This document shows, one piece after another, positions 57,352 through 64,000 of a stretch of DNA of 64,000 bases. The DNA comes from Eudoraea sp. Lineage in GTDB: Bacteria > Bacteroidota > Bacteroidia > Flavobacteriales > Flavobacteriaceae. The stretch's first letter is position 1; the number at the start of each line of letters is the position of its first letter. The position numbers were made by a program, and so were the translations under genes. The DNA lies in NCBI GenBank assembly GCA_024639765.1, contig JAHEHU010000001.1, positions 2,800 to 66,799 on the forward strand, in the 5' to 3' direction. The notes under the pieces were generated by a model that was given only the letters and a program-made list of their open reading frames with translations, was not told where the DNA came from and did not search any database.

Positions 57352-60099
57352 ATGCAAAGTTTTCTTGAAGAGGTTGTCGCAGATATTATTCAAACCCAAC
57401 AAATCAGTGATGATCTTGTCCTCGTGGTGCCAAGTAAACGTGCGGGTGTTTTTCTTTTGCAGCAATTTTCAAAAACTACCAGGAAAGCTACTTTTGCTCC
57501 TACCATATTAACTATTGAAGAATTTGTAAAACAACTTTCCGGTATTCGCTATGCTTCCAGCACACAGTTATTTTTTGAATTATACAATGTATATAGCACC
57601 CTTCATAAAGAGCATGCAGAAAGTTTCTATAGCTTTTCCAAATGGGGCAATACCCTGCTTCAGGATTTTAATGAAATAGACAGGTATCTTATTCCTCCTC
57701 ATGAGATATTTTCCTACCTGAGCGCTGTCCAGGAAACCAATCATTGGTATTTACAACCAAACAAAACGCCAATGATTGAATCCTATATCCGCTTTTGGAA
57801 ATCTCTGGAACCACTTTATAATATGTTTAAGGACCATTTGACGGGTCTTGGTATAGGGTATCAGGGAATGGTATATAGAAAAGCATTTGAAAATATTGAA
57901 GCATATGAAAAGACCATAAAGGAAGGTTCACATTATTTTATAGGTTTTAATGCCTTAAATGCTGCCGAATCAAACATCATTCAGACCCTGTTAGCGGAGC
58001 AAAAAGCAACCGTTTACTGGGATATTGACCCTTATTTTCTTCAAGATCCTATTCATGATGCAGGACTCTTTATTCGATCGTACTTAAAAAAATGGCCCTA
58101 TTACGTTTCCAATAAACCAAAAGGGCCAACATCAACCTATAATTCCGCTAAGGAAATTAAAATAATAGGAGTGCCAAAAAATGTTTCTCAAGCTAAATAT
58201 GTTGGTTCTTTAATAGGGGAATTGAATACTAAAGGCAGGTCCGCATTGAATAGTACCGCCATAGTCCTTGGAAACGAGAACCTTCTTAACCCATTGCTTA
58301 ATTCGATGCCTGGAAATATCTCCAATATCAATGTCACCATGGGCTACCCCGTGGCTAGCACACCTGCGGCAAGTCTCTTTAGTGAGTTTATTTCCCTCTA
58401 TGTTACAAAACAGGATAAAGGCTGGTATTACAATGACCTTCTTTCATTTGTCTCACACCCCTATATACAATCGCTCTTTAAGACGCCGCTGAAGACCACC
58501 TCGGCACTTACAAAAGTGATCAAAGAAAAAAATTGGATCTATATCCAACCTCAACAGTTGCCAAAACTAATAAAGACAGATGAAGAGGTTATCCAGCTTT
58601 TATTTTCAGAGCATTTTACCTCCCCCGTGGCTCTTCTTAACGCCTGTACCAACCTACTCCTTTCCTTAAGAAAATACTTTACCATAGAGAAAGATGCGAT
58701 TACCCTCGAATATTTGGTCCAACTCCATGTCGTATTCAATGAGATGAAAGGATACATGCATAAATACGATTTTATAAGTGATCTAAAGTCCTTTGAGAGC
58801 CTATACAAAGAATTGCTAGCCAAGGAAACACTAGATTTTTATGGCGAACCTTTAGAGGGGATACAGGTTATGGGGATGCTAGAAAGCAGAAATCTCGACT
58901 TTGAAACCGTAGTTATTACTTCAGTAAATGAAGGTGTGCTTCCTTCTGGCAAGACCAATTCTTCCTTTATTCCGTTCGATCTTAAAAAAGAGTTTAACCT
59001 TCCTACTTATAAAGAGAAAGATGCTGTATATACCTACCATTTTTACAGACTCCTGCAACGTGCCAAAAATGTCTATATACTTTATAATACAGAGCCCGAC
59101 GTACTGGAAGGAGGCGAAAAGAGCCGATTTATTTCACAATTAGTAACAGATGAGAAGGGGGAAAAGAATATCATGCATTATGTTGCCTCACCAACAATGG
59201 AACTTCCATTAGGCGAACATGAGATAGTAGAAAAAGAAACCGCTATTCTAACTACTCTTAAAGAAAGGGCCGAAAAAGGATTTTCTCCTTCTTCCCTTTC
59301 ACAATATATTCGAAATCCTATCGATTTTTATAAAAAATATGTGCTTGGTATTAGAGATTCTGAAGATGTTGAGGAAGTAATTGCGGCAAATACATTTGGT
59401 ACAGTGATACACAGTAGTATGGAGTCACTATACAAGCCCTTTATTGGCAGCCGTCTTTCTCCGGAAAAACTTAAGGCATTACTGCCCAGCATCCCTAAAG
59501 TAGTAAAGGAACATTTTAAAGAGTACTATCCTAATGTATCCTTAAATAGCGGTCATAATTTGATCGCCTATCATGTTATACAGCGCTATATAGAAAAATA
59601 TATCATCTCAGAAATAAAAGAATGTACACATCATTCTATTGAGCTACTGGCACTGGAAGAGCCTTTTAAAACCCCAATACCCGTTTCTGGTGTCTCCTTC
59701 CCGGTGTTCTTAAGAGGTACCGTGGACCGTGTGGATAAGAAAGATGGAGTGCTGCGTATTTTAGACTATAAGACCGGGAATGCCAAGGTTGCAGACGTCC
59801 AAATAACAGACTGGGAGAGCCTAATCAATGACCCGGAGAAAAGCAAAGCCTTTCAGTTACTTTGTTATGGTTTGATGTACAGGAATACCCATCAACCTGA
59901 GAGCTTTGAGGCCGCTATCATACCTTTTAGGAATCTTGAGGAAGGGCTTCTTACATTTGCGGTCAAAGAGTCTACCGGGAGATCTGCGAAGAACACTACC
60001 ATTTCAGCTGAGACCCTGGATCTATTTCAGCAGCAGCTACAACAACTTATTGGAGAAATTTGCAATCAGCATGAACCTTTTACTGCAAAGGAGGTATAG
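57352..60099 (+). CDS. PD-(D/E)XK nuclease family protein (AddB-like, degenerate ATP site)
   Basis: 915 aa. N-terminal VVPSKRAG sits where Walker A would be. The C-terminal nuclease motif is VDRVD...ILDYKTG...QLLCYG. Confidence 0.7.
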   Translation: MQSFLEEVVADIIQTQQISDDLVLVVPSKRAGVFLLQQFSKTTRKATFAPTILTIEEFVKQLSGIRYASSTQLFFELYNVYSTLHKEHAESFYSFSKWGNTLLQDFNEIDRYLIPPHEIFSYLSAVQETNHWYLQPNKTPMIESYIRFWKSLEPLYNMFKDHLTGLGIGYQGMVYRKAFENIEAYEKTIKEGSHYFIGFNALNAAESNIIQTLLAEQKATVYWDIDPYFLQDPIHDAGLFIRSYLKKWPYYVSNKPKGPTSTYNSAKEIKIIGVPKNVSQAKYVGSLIGELNTKGRSALNSTAIVLGNENLLNPLLNSMPGNISNINVTMGYPVASTPAASLFSEFISLYVTKQDKGWYYNDLLSFVSHPYIQSLFKTPLKTTSALTKVIKEKNWIYIQPQQLPKLIKTDEEVIQLLFSEHFTSPVALLNACTNLLLSLRKYFTIEKDAITLEYLVQLHVVFNEMKGYMHKYDFISDLKSFESLYKELLAKETLDFYGEPLEGIQVMGMLESRNLDFETVVITSVNEGVLPSGKTNSSFIPFDLKKEFNLPTYKEKDAVYTYHFYRLLQRAKNVYILYNTEPDVLEGGEKSRFISQLVTDEKGEKNIMHYVASPTMELPLGEHEIVEKETAILTTLKERAEKGFSPSSLSQYIRNPIDFYKKYVLGIRDSEDVEEVIAANTFGTVIHSSMESLYKPFIGSRLSPEKLKALLPSIPKVVKEHFKEYYPNVSLNSGHNLIAYHVIQRYIEKYIISEIKECTHHSIELLALEEPFKTPIPVSGVSFPVFLRGTVDRVDKKDGVLRILDYKTGNAKVADVQITDWESLINDPEKSKAFQLLCYGLMYRNTHQPESFEAAIIPFRNLEEGLLTFAVKESTGRSAKNTTISAETLDLFQQQLQQLIGEICNQHEPFTAKEV

Positions 60100-60101
60100 T
60101 G

Positions 60102-60818
60102 CTATTTCTTATCGGGCCTGCTTGGTCTCACCTCAATTTTACTGGGCAGCGTTCTGGGGTTCATCCTCAGCAGATCCTCAACCAGTTTTCCAATATCTTC
60201 CGGTTGTATTTTCCAGCCATCACTTTCATTTGGCTGGTGCCCATTAAAGTGGGAAGCAACAGACCCCGGCATGATGGTAGATACCTTAATATCATGTCCG
60301 CGAAGATCGAGCATAGCCGCCTGGGTAAAACCAACTACACCAAATTTGGATGCATTATAACCCGTTCCCGAAGCAAAAAAATTGGTGCCTGCCAAACTAG
60401 CTATTGAGATGTAGTATCCATGTGAATTTTTCAAGGCTTCCAGAGCTGCCTTTAGGGTAAAAAAGGCACCACTTAAATTGGTATCGATCATCTTCCTCCA
60501 ATCCTCAATATCCAAGCTGTCTACTGAGTTAAAAATACCTACTCCTGCATTTGCAACTACCACATCTAGTTGACCCCATTTTTTTAGGATCAGTTCAACG
60601 GCGGCCACTTCATCTTCCGGTTTGGTAACATCAGAGCCAACACCCACTACCCTATCCTCAGAACCAAGAGCTTTGGCCGCCATTTCAGCATCCTTCTTCT
60701 TTCTTCCGCTAATGGCTACCTTCATTCCTGCATCTAACAAAGTCTTGGCAATGCCATATCCTATTCCTTTTGTTCCTCCTGTTATATAAGCTACTTTTCC
60801 TTCTAGGTTGTTCATCAT
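60102..60818 (-). CDS. SDR family oxidoreductase
   Basis: Motifs ITGGTKGIG, ANAG and YNASKFG. Confidence 0.85.
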   Translation of the reverse strand: MMNNLEGKVAYITGGTKGIGYGIAKTLLDAGMKVAISGRKKKDAEMAAKALGSEDRVVGVGSDVTKPEDEVAAVELILKKWGQLDVVVANAGVGIFNSVDSLDIEDWRKMIDTNLSGAFFTLKAALEALKNSHGYYISIASLAGTNFFASGTGYNASKFGVVGFTQAAMLDLRGHDIKVSTIMPGSVASHFNGHQPNESDGWKIQPEDIGKLVEDLLRMNPRTLPSKIEVRPSRPDKK

Positions 60819-60946
60819 TACTTTTTTCCTAAAATAAGCATCGGTAGAGCAGACTTAAAACTTATGGCGTTATACTTTTCTTAAAAATAAAAGAAGGTTG
60901 CATTTTGAAACGTTGCTAAAAAGTAGTTCCTTTGAATTTCCGAAAA

Positions 60947-61023
<77 letters not shown>

Positions 61024-61025
61024 AA

Positions 61026-61051
61026 ACCATCACTCAAGTGATGGTTTTTTT
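61026..61051. terminator. bidirectional terminator after the tRNA and the convergent usp gene
   Basis: ACCATCAC-TCAA-GTGATGGT flanked by A4 and T7. Confidence 0.7.
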
Positions 61052-61052
61052 G

Positions 61053-61850
61053 TTAATCTTTCTTTACGCTTAAGACCAATACAGGGATCTTGGCTGAAAA
61101 TTCGGCCTTATGGATCGTATTCTTTTCCCACAAATTGGTAAATACCCCTCTTTTCCTTCTAAAAACACACAGCAGATCGGGATGATGAGCCTGTATATGT
61201 TCTAATATTCCTAAATATGTTGTGGCATGTTCTGCCAAGGTCAACTGAGAACTTATATCCATCAATGCCGTGTTTACCTTAAGGTCACTGTCTACATATC
61301 CCGGAGTCTTTACAAGCAATAAATGAATCTTAGAGCGAAATTTTTTCTTGATCTCCAGTAACGGATTAAGGATCCTTTTTCTTTTTAAGCTGCCCGATTT
61401 AAATCCTACTAAGACAATCTTATATGGCGTAAATTTCGTTCCTTTCGGCACTATTAGTGTCGGTATATCTGTCCTTTTTATCATTCTCCCTGATGTATGT
61501 CCCAAATACAATTCCTCCGTAACCTCATTACTTCTTGGAGCAATTACAAGCAGATCTATCCCAAGTTCATCATCTATCTCTTTTAGTCCATCAATCAGAT
61601 CACCGTTGTAAGTGGCTATTTTGATCTCTACTTTCTTTGCATCTACCTTATTGATGATCTCTTTAAGCCTTTCTTTGCCACTTTGTGCTACCTTGGCTGA
61701 AATATCTATTAAGTTTCCCGCACCTTTGGTTACATTAAAGACCTCCATTACATACACCTCTGAAGAAAATTTTGAGGCCAGGTCTACTGCGTATTGGAGT
61801 GTTTCATGGGCATTGGGAGAGGTTCCGATAGGTACTAAAATGTTCTTCAT
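61053..61850 (-). CDS. universal stress protein family (tandem)
   Basis: 265 aa. N-terminal KNILVPIGTS...DLLVIAPR and a second half KIVLVGF...DLLCVFRR. Confidence 0.7.
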   Translation of the reverse strand: MKNILVPIGTSPNAHETLQYAVDLASKFSSEVYVMEVFNVTKGAGNLIDISAKVAQSGKERLKEIINKVDAKKVEIKIATYNGDLIDGLKEIDDELGIDLLVIAPRSNEVTEELYLGHTSGRMIKRTDIPTLIVPKGTKFTPYKIVLVGFKSGSLKRKRILNPLLEIKKKFRSKIHLLLVKTPGYVDSDLKVNTALMDISSQLTLAEHATTYLGILEHIQAHHPDLLCVFRRKRGVFTNLWEKNTIHKAEFSAKIPVLVLSVKKD

Positions 61851-61900
61851 AATGGTTAGGTATTAATACTATAAATTTACGGATTAATTGGAATGAAAAG

Positions 61901-62401
61901 ATGATTCGACCTGCAAAGATAGAAGAAATTCCACATATATTGCGCCTTACCTGGGCCTGTGCTCAGCATATGATAGGCAACAATATTTATCAATGGAATG
62001 AGGACTATCCTTCCAAAGAGGCCTTTTTAAAAGATATTGAACGGGGAGAACTTTTCGTCCTGGAGCACAATTCATTGATACAGGGTTGTATTACTATCTC
62101 TTCTCTCATGGATGAGGAATATGCCCCAGTTCAATGGCTCACTCCCAATGATAATAATCTCTATATTCATCGTTTGGCGGTACTTCCAGAACTACAGGGC
62201 AAAGGAAAGGCCAGGTTACTTATGGATAAAGCAGAAAGCAAAGGCCGAGTAGAAGGATATGTCTCCATACGTTTAGATACTTTTAGCAAGAATGAACGAA
62301 ATCAGCGCTTTTATGAAGCCCGTGGATATGAAAAACTGGGACCTGTTTATTTCCCCAAGCAGAGTATTCATCCCTTTTATTGTTATGAACTAGTGTTATA
62401 A
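61901..62401 (+). CDS. GNAT family N-acetyltransferase
   Basis: Acetyl-CoA motif LAVLPELQGKGKARLLM. Confidence 0.85.
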   Translation: MIRPAKIEEIPHILRLTWACAQHMIGNNIYQWNEDYPSKEAFLKDIERGELFVLEHNSLIQGCITISSLMDEEYAPVQWLTPNDNNLYIHRLAVLPELQGKGKARLLMDKAESKGRVEGYVSIRLDTFSKNERNQRFYEARGYEKLGPVYFPKQSIHPFYCYELVL

Positions 62402-62411
62402 TTGGTATGAT

Positions 62412-63746
62412 TTGAAAACTGTAGTCTCCTTTAAGACCATTAACAAGTTAGCCATTCCGGCTACCATAGCCGGAATTGCTGAACCTGTATTGTCTATCAC
62501 AGATACGGCCATTGTAGGGAACATTCCTGTTAATGGATTAGAATCGCTCGCAGCGGTTGGTATAGTAGGAGCTTTTTTGTCAATGCTTATTTGGATACTA
62601 GGACAGACCAGAAGTGCTATTTCGGCCATCATTTCACAATATCTGGGGGCAGGAAAACTAAAAGAGGTGGCCAACTTGCCAGCTCAGGCAATATGCCTTA
62701 ATCTTCTTTTAAGTGTGCTTATACTAGTTGCCACCATCTTTGTGGTAGAGGAGATATTTATACTCCTGAATGCCAAAGGAAAGATCCTGGAATTCTGCGT
62801 ATCTTATTATTCGATAAGGGTATGGGGCTTTCCATTAACCTTACTGGTATTTGCTATCATGGGCATTTTTAGAGGATTACAAAATACCTTTTGGCCCATG
62901 ATGATAGCCATCGTAGGAGCCGTGTTAAACATTGGTCTCGATTTTGTCCTAGTGTACGGCATTGAAGGCTTAATATCACCCATGTATTTAGAGGGTGCTG
63001 CCTGGGCCAGCCTTATTGCCCAGGGAGTCATGGCTGTTATGGCATTGTATCTTCTTATCACCAAAACCAATATTTCTCTAATGCCAAGACTGCAATTGCA
63101 TCCGGAACTAGGCAGATTAGTAGGAATGAGCCTGAATCTTTTTGTACGCACCGTTGCCCTTAACATAACGCTGGTTCTGGCAGTGAGGGAGGCTGCCGCC
63201 CTGGGTGATCGTTTTATTGGAGCCCACACCATTGCCATCAATTTGTGGTTATTTGCCGCATTTTTTATTGATGGATACGGAGCAGCAGGCAATATTATGG
63301 GAGGTCGTCTCCTTGGTGCAAAGGACTATCCCAATTTATGGAAACTCGCTAAAAAAATAATTCTTTATGGTGTAGCCGTCAGTTTGGTATTGATGGGAAT
63401 AGGTGTATTACTTTACAGACCTCTAGGTGCCCTGTTCTCAAATGATATCAACGTACTGCAAACCTTTTATTCCATTTTCTTTATCGTTATTCTAGCCCTT
63501 CCTGTAAATACTGTTGCCTTTGTTTTTGATGGACTATTTAAAGGGCTTGGTGAAATGCGCTACTTGCGAAACGTTCTTCTTTTGGCAACCTTTCTCGGAT
63601 TTATCCCAATGCTCTACTTGGGAAACTTTTTTAACCTTGGTCTTTACGGTATTTGGATAGCCATCACGGTTTGGATGATCATCCGAGGAGGAGCATTGGT
63701 ATGGAAGTTCAGGGCAAAATTTCGTCCGCTATTGCAAAAGGTGTAA
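62412..63746 (+). CDS. MATE family efflux transporter
   Basis: 444 aa with 12 predicted TM segments and N-terminal LAIPATIAGIAEPVLSITDTAIVG. It has a TTG start in the track, so the true start is uncertain. Confidence 0.8.
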   Translation: MKTVVSFKTINKLAIPATIAGIAEPVLSITDTAIVGNIPVNGLESLAAVGIVGAFLSMLIWILGQTRSAISAIISQYLGAGKLKEVANLPAQAICLNLLLSVLILVATIFVVEEIFILLNAKGKILEFCVSYYSIRVWGFPLTLLVFAIMGIFRGLQNTFWPMMIAIVGAVLNIGLDFVLVYGIEGLISPMYLEGAAWASLIAQGVMAVMALYLLITKTNISLMPRLQLHPELGRLVGMSLNLFVRTVALNITLVLAVREAAALGDRFIGAHTIAINLWLFAAFFIDGYGAAGNIMGGRLLGAKDYPNLWKLAKKIILYGVAVSLVLMGIGVLLYRPLGALFSNDINVLQTFYSIFFIVILALPVNTVAFVFDGLFKGLGEMRYLRNVLLLATFLGFIPMLYLGNFFNLGLYGIWIAITVWMIIRGGALVWKFRAKFRPLLQKV

Positions 63747-63767
63747 TTTTGAGGAAATCTATGTTAC

Positions 63768-64000
63768 ATGGGAACTTCCAGAACAAATGGTAGTCTATAT
63801 ACCAATATTCAAAATACCGTTGCATCTGTAGAATTTGGCCATCCAGCCAGTAATTCTTTTGTTTCTGAATTGCTTCAACGCCTTACCAACACTCTTGATG
63901 AGCTTTCACAAAACGAAGACGTCTCCCTCATTGTCCTGCGATCTGAAGGAGATGGTCCTTTTTGCGCCGGGGCTTCTTTTAAAGAACTATTGGCGGTTTC
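63768..64000 (+). CDS. enoyl-CoA hydratase/isomerase family protein, N-terminal fragment (runs off the window)
   Basis: ATG at 63768 with the frame open to the end. Crotonase motif GDGPFCAGASFKEL. Confidence 0.65.
   Translation, partial: MGTSRTNGSLYTNIQNTVASVEFGHPASNSFVSELLQRLTNTLDELSQNEDVSLIVLRSEGDGPFCAGASFKELLAV

Overview
This 64-kb window looks like core chromosome from a Bacteroidota genome, probably a marine Flavobacteriaceae. That placement is inferred from gene content: a Bat/MoxR aerotolerance operon, the acpP-fabF-rnc-IPExxxVDY-pyk block, TAnnTTTG-type -7 boxes and a eukaryote-like 3-hydroxyanthranilate dioxygenase. I can support about 60 protein-coding genes and one tRNA-Ala(GGC). 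I also call several intrinsic terminators and a few candidate promoters. Gene content is mostly housekeeping: G3P dehydrogenases, pheS, dinB, pyk, rnc, fabF, acpP, purN, rnhA, purF, sodA and kbl. It also includes carbohydrate genes (a GH13 alpha-glucosidase and a fructokinase-amylosucrase pair), three SulP anion transporters with a beta-carbonic anhydrase, and an AddA/AddB-like helicase-nuclease pair. I see no transposase, integrase, phage gene, CRISPR array or recognisable defence island, so I cannot claim a new protein-based system. The best candidate for something undescribed is RNA-level. Three same-strand copies of a ~72-nt unit lie in the purF-sodA gap (49.3-50.7 kb), around a small outer-membrane beta-barrel gene. 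Each copy has a -7 box, a 40-nt near-identical core and an intrinsic terminator. Second-tier observations are the SulP-Usp-carbonic anhydrase-SulP cluster, in which one transporter carries an ~80-aa acidic insertion. Others are an unusually large composite third gene in the Bat operon and an AlbA_2-domain protein coupled to two oxidoreductases. All functional calls rest on motif recognition by eye; no database search was run.
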